This document shows, one piece after another, positions 8,068-15,499 of a stretch of DNA of 26,005 bases. Position numbers and translations under genes: made by a program. The notes beneath the pieces are model-generated. The model saw only the letters and a list, made by a program, of their open reading frames with translations, did not search any database and was not told the origin of the DNA. The first letter of the stretch is position 1. Each line of letters starts with the position of its first letter. The stretch covers positions 1 to 26,005 of IMG/VR virus record IMGVR_UViG_3300037479_000144. One strand, written 5' to 3'. The stretch is from a virus. Its lineage: Duplodnaviria > Caudoviricetes.

Positions 8068-9726
8068 ATGGCTACTCTTTACTATCCAAGATTTGAGATT
8101 AAAATAAATGGTTTTGACATTAGTAAAACAATTGCACCTTATTTAGTTTCTATTACCATTGAAGAGGTTTTTAATACTAGTTTTACACCAACAAAATTGG
8201 AATTAATTTTCCATAGTAAATACACCAGATCAACCGCTTGGCAATATAAAGATACAATAACCGTAAAATTATGGTGGGAACCTTTGATATTATTTGTATA
8301 TCAATCTCCTACATTTTATGTAGATTACATTGATGATATTAAAAATGGAGGCGGGGATCAGTTATTCAGAGTTTCGGCATTAGCAGCGGATCCTAGTCTA
8401 GGTTTTACCTATGGTTTCAATCAGCTGACTTATACTAATACCACAATAAGCACGGCCGTAACTAATTTCGCTTCTGCATTTGGTTTAACACTTGTTCAAA
8501 ACTTCGCCTCTAATGTGTATCTAGGAACTATAAAAGATATTAATAATATCAATCCGCCAGATGTTAATTTATGTAGAATTTCATTTAATTCTTATGCAGA
8601 TATGCTTAAATATATCTGCGATACATATGGTTATTATGGGGATTTAAGAGGCACAACATTACGAATGTTCGATATCGGGACAGCTGTTAGTGATGTTACC
8701 AGATTTTATATTTGGGATTTTGGCGAAATATTCGGATTTAATGCTAAACAGAGTTATACCCAGCTTTATAAAGAATATAATATTTTTTATATTAATCGTG
8801 ATAATGCTAATGCATACTCTATCGCGTTGTCCCGACCTACACCATACACACAATTGAATAATAAAGTTGATAATATAGATTTTAATGATGCTTATAACAA
8901 TATAGAATCGGCAACACGTAGATTACGAGCCAGAATTTTACAAGATTATTTAGAAGGTTTTGAAGTCACTATTAATTCATCTGGATTGCCAGAATTTACA
9001 GCAGGTAATGTGTTTTTATTAAATCCTGATTATGGTAGTCATGCTGGTTTCTATCGATGTACTAAATGTATACATAGAGTTGATGGGAGTAATGGATGGA
9101 TAAGTGAACTAACAGGCTATCCTATATCAAAGGTTTCCGCTGATTTTGCAACATTCACTGTAGCTTATTTGGGTAATACTAGGCTTCCAGATCCAAAAGA
9201 CACGCTAACAATATCAACTAATATTAAAGGCACACTTAGTTTATTAACAGGAACACAACTAGATCAATATGCAAAAGCATTAAATCCTAACTATAATCAA
9301 AATTTAGGTAATACTTTTATTACGGAGGGTAATAAATCTGGTAATAAAATTAGAGCCGATATAGCATTTTGTATAGCATTATATGAAACAGTAAATTTTA
9401 CTAATAAAGATTTATTAGATACATTCAATCCTTTATTTGTTGGCACTGTAGATAATGTAAATATACCCTTTAATTACATCAATTGGGCTAATGGTGTTAG
9501 AGGCGGGATCCAACATTTGTATGCTTTTGCCACACCTGGAACAACCCCTCCAGCAGATCCGATTATAGACCCCCGTTTCAATTATGTTACTCGTGGAAGC
9601 GCGACTACCGTAGACGCACTACAAGGTAAATGGACTAATAATCTAGACTTTAGCAGATTTATTAAAGCTCTAATGTTTGGACTTTATTCCAAGTTTTACC
9701 CCAAAAAAACAATTGACATAAGTTGA
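8068..9726 (+). CDS. P2 GpD-like baseplate hub fused to a C-terminal glucosaminidase-like domain
   Basis: N-terminus PRFEIKINGFDISKTIAPYLVSITI...GLPEFTAGNVF...GFYRCTKCIHRV is GpD-like; C-terminus ADIAFCIALYET...GVRGGIQHLYAFA...IIDPRFNYVTRG...LQGKW resembles GH73-type peptidoglycan hydrolases. Confidence 0.75.
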   Translation: MATLYYPRFEIKINGFDISKTIAPYLVSITIEEVFNTSFTPTKLELIFHSKYTRSTAWQYKDTITVKLWWEPLILFVYQSPTFYVDYIDDIKNGGGDQLFRVSALAADPSLGFTYGFNQLTYTNTTISTAVTNFASAFGLTLVQNFASNVYLGTIKDINNINPPDVNLCRISFNSYADMLKYICDTYGYYGDLRGTTLRMFDIGTAVSDVTRFYIWDFGEIFGFNAKQSYTQLYKEYNIFYINRDNANAYSIALSRPTPYTQLNNKVDNIDFNDAYNNIESATRRLRARILQDYLEGFEVTINSSGLPEFTAGNVFLLNPDYGSHAGFYRCTKCIHRVDGSNGWISELTGYPISKVSADFATFTVAYLGNTRLPDPKDTLTISTNIKGTLSLLTGTQLDQYAKALNPNYNQNLGNTFITEGNKSGNKIRADIAFCIALYETVNFTNKDLLDTFNPLFVGTVDNVNIPFNYINWANGVRGGIQHLYAFATPGTTPPADPIIDPRFNYVTRGSATTVDALQGKWTNNLDFSRFIKALMFGLYSKFYPKKTIDIS

Positions 9727-9793
9727 TTAAGCAGCTTTACTACACATTTTTAGGTATTGTATTGCATTTTGTTGTCAAAAATAATACAATACC
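9727..9793. promoter_or_regulatory. Palindrome A plus an 11-bp inverted repeat upstream of the head operon
   Basis: TTAAGCAGCTTTACTA at 9727-9742; GGTATTGTATT (9753-9763) / AATACAATACC (9783-9793). Confidence 0.6.
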
Positions 9794-9816
9794 CTTTGTA
9801 CTGATAAATAAAACTT

Positions 9817-10758
9817 ATGGCCAAACTGCAACTTAATTCTGATTCTTATCAAATTAAGAATTATGAATTAACACCCGAAGGATATTTAAAATTCTGGATG
9901 GTTGGGGGTATTCCCGGTCAAGAATTGTTATATGATGGCGGGCGTAAGGAAATTATCAACAAAGATGCGCTTTTTAATGAGGATTCTTTATCAACTGCTG
10001 TGGGTAAACCAGTTTCATTAAATCACCCGCCCCGGCCTATCAACGCCAAAAATTACCGAGAATATAGCAAAGGCAGTTTATTACAAGAGTATTCAGAAGA
10101 TGAAAATGGTGCTTTAGTTTTCGCGGGTATTGTTCATGATGATGCTATAGTTCAAGCCATCATGAAAGGGGAAATCACACACGTTAGCGCTTCATACTTG
10201 GCTGAAAAAAAAGCAAATGATGACGGTATTCTTGAACAAACAAACCGGAAATATAATCATATTGCATTGCTCACCAAAGAATTTTCACCTAGAGCAGGCG
10301 AAAATAGCAAAATTATTATCTTAGATGATACCCCGCCTCAAGCCGATTCTGATGATACAGAAAATAAAAAAGAAAAGCCAGTAAATAACATCGATGCAAT
10401 GGAAATTCAAGAAAGAGTAGAATTACTAACTGATTGGAGAGAAGTACTAGAAAAAAATAGCATAGCCATTGATTATAACGCTGATTCTAATGCTATCAAG
10501 CGTCAAATATTGGGTATTTACTACCCAGAAAAAACCATTAAAGCACTCAATAATGATGCTATTTTACAGGGTTTCTGGCTCAACTTTATTAGCAATCCCC
10601 AGCCCGAAATAACTAAAAATGATGATGGATCTGAATCTGGTTTTAACTTTGATTACAGCAGAAAAAATCAAAACAGCCCACACGGATCAATGAATTTTGA
10701 TTCTGATGTAGAAGCGATCAGAAATAAATACATTGCAAAGATGGAAGGAAAGCATTAG
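9817..10758 (+). CDS. DUF2213-family head protein (putative prohead protease/scaffold)
   Basis: LTPEGYL, GKPVSLNHP, VSASY, YNHIAL and RAGENSKI motifs; acidic low-complexity C-terminal half; first gene of the head cluster. Confidence 0.85.
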   Translation: MAKLQLNSDSYQIKNYELTPEGYLKFWMVGGIPGQELLYDGGRKEIINKDALFNEDSLSTAVGKPVSLNHPPRPINAKNYREYSKGSLLQEYSEDENGALVFAGIVHDDAIVQAIMKGEITHVSASYLAEKKANDDGILEQTNRKYNHIALLTKEFSPRAGENSKIIILDDTPPQADSDDTENKKEKPVNNIDAMEIQERVELLTDWREVLEKNSIAIDYNADSNAIKRQILGIYYPEKTIKALNNDAILQGFWLNFISNPQPEITKNDDGSESGFNFDYSRKNQNSPHGSMNFDSDVEAIRNKYIAKMEGKH

Positions 10759-10793
10759 TAAAGCAGCTTAATCGATTATTAGGTATTAAGAAA

Positions 10794-11321
10794 ATGGCAA
10801 CCGGAATTAATTTAACCTACAACGTAAACACCGCGCCTATTGTACCTGAGAAATGGCAAGGGCAAATTATTTCATTAATAGGTAGACAATACCGTTTTAG
10901 TACTTTTGAACCTCTAGCAAATGGAGCATTAGAGGCAGGGGTATTTGTTACCGGATCTGTAGACTCTTTGGGAGTTTTGAATGTATCCAAACCCACAACA
11001 GCAGGAACAAAAATTTTAGGTGTAACCGCACTCAATTTTCAACGTTTTTTGACTTGGGATTCTGTATTAAATTGCTTTAATTATGCTGATAAAGATATTG
11101 TTACCCTAGTGCAAGAGGGTGACATTGTTATGTACGCGGAGGTAGCGGTTGATATTGGTGATCCTGTATTTTTACGCCATACATCTGATACGGGGCTGAC
11201 TCGTATAGGTGCATTAAGTAAAACTTCTGGCACTGGTAAAGAAGCTATCCCAGGTGCCAAATTCCTTGAGCAAACCTCAGCAGCAGGTTTGGTTAGAGTA
11301 TCGCTACCGGATTTGATCTAA
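10794..11321 (+). CDS. Capsid cement/decoration protein
   Basis: 175 aa between the DUF2213-like gene and the capsid gene; ILGVT...GDIVMYAEVAVDIGDPVF...IPGAKF...AGLVRVSL pattern. Confidence 0.75.
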   Translation: MATGINLTYNVNTAPIVPEKWQGQIISLIGRQYRFSTFEPLANGALEAGVFVTGSVDSLGVLNVSKPTTAGTKILGVTALNFQRFLTWDSVLNCFNYADKDIVTLVQEGDIVMYAEVAVDIGDPVFLRHTSDTGLTRIGALSKTSGTGKEAIPGAKFLEQTSAAGLVRVSLPDLI

Positions 11322-11373
11322 TCCTCTAAATCCACAGAATTAATTAGTTCAACAAATCAATTAGAGAAGTAAC

Positions 11374-12402
11374 ATGGTTTTTCCCGCAAATGTAAATAAG
11401 ATCGGATGGTTTTTAAAAGAGCAATTGACTAAAACTTTACCCCGCCTCTATGAGATTAATTACGCCCAATTATGGGGTTTAGATAGTAGTCTTAATTTTC
11501 ACGTGGCTTTGGGGGATTTGCCTTTAGGATTAGACTTTTTAGAAGCCTATTATAAGTCTGATGCGGGGCAGATGGCAGCTTTATATGATGGATTTAGTGA
11601 TGATGCACCCACTGTAGATGTTTCACTAGGAAAAAAAACATTCCCTTGCGCGATCTTTATCCAGGGCGCTAGGTGGAATTTAATGGATATTGAAAAAATG
11701 CGGGTAGCGTCTGAGACACGTACTATGCTGCCATCGATTAACATTATCACCGCTAAACAAGATGCTGTAGCCGATTATATGAACCGTAGGGAGCACCACA
11801 CGGTTTTGTATGGATATCCTAAAAAGGGAATTTACGGTATTTTCTCTCAAAGAGGAATAGCAACTGCTGATGCTACTTTTGTACCATATACCAAAACATC
11901 TGGTGCGTATAATATAAGCACGGCTGCATTGTACGAAGATTTAACTGACATCATCTGGCAATTCGTGAACCGTGCAAAACTATCCACCCCTGCACAGGTG
12001 CAGATGAAAGTGCCCCCCAGACTGGGTAGACGTTTGGTGGAAATTTACAAAACATCTGCTGGTGAATCTATAGGCATGACAGTACAGCAGATGTTACGTT
12101 CCACTGAATTGGGTCTAGGGATTAATTCGATCAGCATACACAATGAATTGCAAGGATCGGAATTAAATAAATATGTGTGGAATGAGGCGGGTAACGCATA
12201 TTATCCAACTTCTAACGATCGTATAGTATTCAAAGCAACTACTTACAATCCTGAAAGGCACTTTTTTGCACGTCGCCCCATTGAACCTTTCCGGCGTGGA
12301 TCGCTTGAGTATGAGCAAGTAACCATTAGCTCTACCAGTGGTATCCTCAATTTTGAAGAGGAATTTATGTGGTATTACGATTTTAGCAATGCTCTGTCAT
12401 AG
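11374..12402 (+). CDS. Major capsid protein (DUF2184-like, HK97 fold)
   Basis: 342 aa; FLKEQLT...LYEINY, DAPTVD and VLYGYPKKGIYGIF motifs; canonical position after the cement gene. Confidence 0.8.
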   Translation: MVFPANVNKIGWFLKEQLTKTLPRLYEINYAQLWGLDSSLNFHVALGDLPLGLDFLEAYYKSDAGQMAALYDGFSDDAPTVDVSLGKKTFPCAIFIQGARWNLMDIEKMRVASETRTMLPSINIITAKQDAVADYMNRREHHTVLYGYPKKGIYGIFSQRGIATADATFVPYTKTSGAYNISTAALYEDLTDIIWQFVNRAKLSTPAQVQMKVPPRLGRRLVEIYKTSAGESIGMTVQQMLRSTELGLGINSISIHNELQGSELNKYVWNEAGNAYYPTSNDRIVFKATTYNPERHFFARRPIEPFRRGSLEYEQVTISSTSGILNFEEEFMWYYDFSNALS

Positions 12403-12410
12403 ATCAAATC

Positions 12411-12710
12411 ATGCCTAGTTTATCATATAGACCGCGATCGGCTCAAGCATCACCTAAATTAGTTTATGGTACTCCAAGGGGAACCATAGAATTAAATAGC
12501 AATGAATCTTCTGTTAGTGTAACACCCGATCAGCTTGAATGGCTCAAGTGTAAGTACGAAGATTTAAGAATAGCGATAGAATCTGGCGAAATAATTGTCC
12601 TTGATAACGATCCTGTTTCTGATGCGGGGGCGAATAAAAAACCCCCAAAATCTAGTAAAGCAGCTTTACCCACTGAAGAAAACACACCCCCGCTTCCAAA
12701 AGAAAAATAA
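12411..12710 (+). CDS. Hypothetical protein downstream of the capsid gene
   Basis: 99-aa ORF tightly packed in the operon; Pro/Lys-rich tail. Confidence 0.6.
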   Translation: MPSLSYRPRSAQASPKLVYGTPRGTIELNSNESSVSVTPDQLEWLKCKYEDLRIAIESGEIIVLDNDPVSDAGANKKPPKSSKAALPTEENTPPLPKEK

Positions 12711-12712
12711 TA

Positions 12713-13087
12713 ATGAGTACTGTATATAGTGATCCTATTTTCATCAAAACCGAATTACTAACCAGTGATGGCAAAAATAGGATCACGTGTACATTGAAGG
12801 ATCAGAGTGGAAGATATTTAGCCGATTTATTGCGGAATGATTCTAAGGGTTTTTGTTTTGGTCGATTAGTTGACCCGCCCGCATCTCCTAGCTGGCTAGT
12901 TCCAGGGACGGTATTGCATGGTACTATAAATGGATTGAAAGCCGTGCTCACCGTGGAACCTAAAATCCAATCACGTATAGCAGGATTGCAAAATATCCTA
13001 GGAGATGCAATACACTTCTCTTATGTCTCGGTAACAGAATTCAACAATAGTAATAATGACACAACCAATCGCGTCAGTAGATGCTAA
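12713..13087 (+). CDS. Hypothetical protein (possible head-tail joining)
   Basis: 124-aa ORF in the operon; function inferred from position only. Confidence 0.55.
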   Translation: MSTVYSDPIFIKTELLTSDGKNRITCTLKDQSGRYLADLLRNDSKGFCFGRLVDPPASPSWLVPGTVLHGTINGLKAVLTVEPKIQSRIAGLQNILGDAIHFSYVSVTEFNNSNNDTTNRVSRC

Positions 13088-13502
13088 AAGTTTTAAGTCC
13101 TTTATGAAGGATTTGAAACAGTCTACTAGTAATTTGGAGCCTGCATTCAGAGATTTTGGTAATTACATTAAAAAGGAAACTAATACACAATTTCAAAAAG
13201 AAATTGACCCGGAAGGTAGACCTTGGGAACCTCTGAAGCCATCTACATTAGCTAGGAAGAAAACATCATTTAAACTACGCGAAACTTTTTTTATGTTTAA
13301 CGCTTTTTACTACAGAGCTACTAAAACTAATTTTGAATTTGGTATCAAAGATCCTAAATATCAGTTCCATCATTTTGGAACTAGTAAAATGCCAGCCAGG
13401 GTGGTGATAGGAATCCCAGATGATAGGCGCAAAAAGTTGAATGATTTTGTCATTGCACAAATTAGGCGGGTTAAATCACTTAGAAAACAACGTAAAAAAT
13501 GA
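13056..13502 (+). CDS. Phage virion morphogenesis protein (P2 GpS / Mu GpG family)
   Basis: QFQKEIDPEGRPWEPLKPSTLARK and YQFHHFGTSKMPARVVIGI motifs. Confidence 0.88.
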   Translation: MTQPIASVDAKSFKSFMKDLKQSTSNLEPAFRDFGNYIKKETNTQFQKEIDPEGRPWEPLKPSTLARKKTSFKLRETFFMFNAFYYRATKTNFEFGIKDPKYQFHHFGTSKMPARVVIGIPDDRRKKLNDFVIAQIRRVKSLRKQRKK

Positions 13503-13951
13503 GTTTTACCGATGTAACAGAACAAATCAAAACACTGTTGGAAGATTTTGAGGTAAAAGACTTACCAAATATACCCAATCTTAATGGAGTTTTCGAACAA
13601 TCAGAGTTAACTTTTGCTATTGTTAACGGTTCTGTTGAGGGTGAATATCTCAATTTATCTGTTAATGTTTCTGTCGCTTCACCACTCAGATATGATGACG
13701 AGAATAATTTTCTAACCAGTGATCAAAAGCGTAGTTTAGATTCTGTGGTGTTTGGTATTATTTACAAACTACACCGTAGAAAATTAAAAGGGTGCGGAAT
13801 GATGGTTTTACAATCATTCGAAAACTTCACACCTGAATCTGGTAAATGGCGATCGCTTTTGACTTTTCTTGTACCCTTTTATTTAAAATTTGAAGGTAAC
13901 GATACTGAACAGTGTTTGACCTTCCTTGCGGGAAGTCCCCAGAATGCTTAA
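13499..13951 (+). CDS. Putative tail terminator (Mu Gp37-like)
   Basis: 150 aa, ATGA overlap with the GpS-like gene, upstream of the tube gene; FENFTPESGKWR near the C-terminus. Confidence 0.5.
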   Translation: MSFTDVTEQIKTLLEDFEVKDLPNIPNLNGVFEQSELTFAIVNGSVEGEYLNLSVNVSVASPLRYDDENNFLTSDQKRSLDSVVFGIIYKLHRRKLKGCGMMVLQSFENFTPESGKWRSLLTFLVPFYLKFEGNDTEQCLTFLAGSPQNA

Positions 13952-13975
13952 TTGTTGATTGAGGCGGGTATTATA

Positions 13976-14521
13976 ATGACAGTTTCACTATTCGAGATCA
14001 CTCACTGGAATGCAAAATTAGAATACGATACAACCGGTACCGATAACGATATAACAGCCAATTTAAAAGGTGTTATTACTGACCTTTCTAGCCCAATTTT
14101 AGAGCAAGAATTTGACACCGCCAAACGTGCGGGTGAATTGGGTATAATCCCCAGACCAAAGTTTTTTAATGAAGTAGAAGTTAGCTTCACAATTAGGGGA
14201 GTATTCGATGAATTATTAAAAGCATTAGTAACAGGAACTAGTAGAACTGTAACTTTAACTGCCACCGCTTGTATCGAGGCGGATGACAACACTAATAAAG
14301 CTTATCAATTCATTTGTAAGGGGTTTGTGTCAAGTCTCCCATTCGGTGATCTATCAGAGGATGGTCTAGAAGCTGAAATATCAATGATGTGCTACTACCT
14401 AGAGGTTAAATTAGGTACTAGTTTTGCAATGATTTACGATCCTAGAAATTACCTTCTATCAATTGGTGGTGTTAATCTATTTGCTGGTATTAAGACAATC
14501 ATCGATCCGCCAGCAGTTTGA
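13976..14521 (+). CDS. Contractile tail tube protein (P2 FII-like)
   Basis: ATG 13976 follows GAGGCGGG (likely RBS) and is preferred over TTG 13952; LSSPIL...RAGELG...YYLEVKL...YDPRNYLLSIGGVNL pattern of FII tube proteins. Confidence 0.75.
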   Translation: MTVSLFEITHWNAKLEYDTTGTDNDITANLKGVITDLSSPILEQEFDTAKRAGELGIIPRPKFFNEVEVSFTIRGVFDELLKALVTGTSRTVTLTATACIEADDNTNKAYQFICKGFVSSLPFGDLSEDGLEAEISMMCYYLEVKLGTSFAMIYDPRNYLLSIGGVNLFAGIKTIIDPPAV

Positions 14522-14540
14522 TAGTTAAGCTCCTTTACTG

Positions 14541-14786
14541 ATGATCAACCCTCTTACAGAACCCCAACCCCCGCCTCTGAAAAACAATTATCCTTATTCA
14601 ATCGATGGGGTGATCAAAGATCTGACTGATCGAAAAAATTTTGGTATGAATAAATATGGAACAGCTTTACAACCTAACAACGGTAGAAATAATCTGATCG
14701 ATAGCTATCAAGAATTAATGGATTTGTTGGTGTATTTGCGTACTGAAATTAACGAAACATTTACAGAACCTACTGAGTTGTGGTAA
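14541..14786 (+). CDS. Conserved small phage protein, possibly MazG-like nucleotide pyrophosphohydrolase fold
   Basis: RKNFGMNKYGTALQPNNGRNNLIDSYQELMDLLVYL with an ExxD motif; next to dCTP deaminase. Confidence 0.5.
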   Translation: MINPLTEPQPPPLKNNYPYSIDGVIKDLTDRKNFGMNKYGTALQPNNGRNNLIDSYQELMDLLVYLRTEINETFTEPTELW

Positions 14787-14790
14787 ATTT

Positions 14791-14825
14791 TTAACACTCC
14801 CAGGTCTAAAGACACTGAGTTTCCC
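14791..14825. mobile_element. Solitary IS200/IS605-like terminal hairpin (remnant)
   Basis: TTAACACTCCCAGGTCTAAAGACACTGAGTTTCCC is a bulged hairpin around CTAAAG preceded by TTAACACTCCC, resembling IS200/IS605 ends; no tnpA/tnpB in the window. Confidence 0.4.
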
Positions 14826-14847
14826 ACTTACCGGATTTTTTTAAATC

Positions 14848-15393
14848 ATGATTTTAGTAGACTGGCAAATTAGAAACGCTTGCAAAAATGGATTAATAGA
14901 ACCTTTTGACGAAGAACTACTAAACCCTAGTAGTATTGATGTAAGGATCGGTGTATCTGCGATGGTAGATACTAAACTTGGATTCATTGATTATCCCAAT
15001 TTCAAATACCATACAAAAAATGATCCGTACTATATACCGCCAAACGATTGTATTTTAGTAGCTACTCTGGAGCGTATCAATTTGCCCATCTTCTATGCAG
15101 CAGAATTAAAGCTTAAATCAAGCCGTGCTAGAGAAGGTTTGAATCATGCGTTAGCTGGCTGGATTGATAATGGTTATAGGGGTATCATCACGCTAGAATT
15201 AAAGAATAGTTCAAACATACGTAGTGTGCCAATATATCCAGGTTTGAGAATTGGTCAGCTAATCATTATCAATACTACCACACCTGAAACGCCCTACAAT
15301 GGTAAATATCAGGATGCCAGCAGCGTCTTGCCCTCCAGCTGCGAAGATCTGGGTGTATCTACCGTCTATACTGAAGATATTATGGGAACTTAA
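14848..15393 (+). CDS. dcd: dCTP deaminase
   Basis: LNPSSIDVRIG, KSSRAREGL, AGWIDNGYRGIITLELKN, YPGLRIGQL and YNGKYQ motifs. Confidence 0.93.
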   Translation: MILVDWQIRNACKNGLIEPFDEELLNPSSIDVRIGVSAMVDTKLGFIDYPNFKYHTKNDPYYIPPNDCILVATLERINLPIFYAAELKLKSSRAREGLNHALAGWIDNGYRGIITLELKNSSNIRSVPIYPGLRIGQLIIINTTTPETPYNGKYQDASSVLPSSCEDLGVSTVYTEDIMGT

Positions 15394-15408
15394 ACTACCC
15401 ATAATATC
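15376..15408. other. 11-bp perfect inverted repeat spanning the dcd stop codon
   Basis: GATATTATGGG (15376-15386) / CCCATAATATC (15398-15408). Confidence 0.7.
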
Positions 15409-15447
15409 CCTGTAGCGATTTTTGCAGTTACAACCTAGCCACGTTAC

Positions 15448-15480
15448 AACCCCCGCCTCTGTTTGGAAGCGGGGGTTTTT
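15448..15480 (+). terminator. Rho-independent terminator between convergent dcd and DNA polymerase
   Basis: AACCCCCGC-N12-GCGGGGGTT followed by a T-tract; palindrome A follows at 15484-15498. Confidence 0.8.
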
Positions 15481-15499
15481 CTGGTAAAGCTGCTTTACT

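Noticed and set aside
15484-15498. NtcA box (GTA-N8-TAC) or cyanobacterial LexA box as the identity of palindrome A
   Set aside because: Spacing is GTA-N9-TAC, the conserved part is the inner AAGCWGCTT, and copies sit at gene ends rather than promoters.
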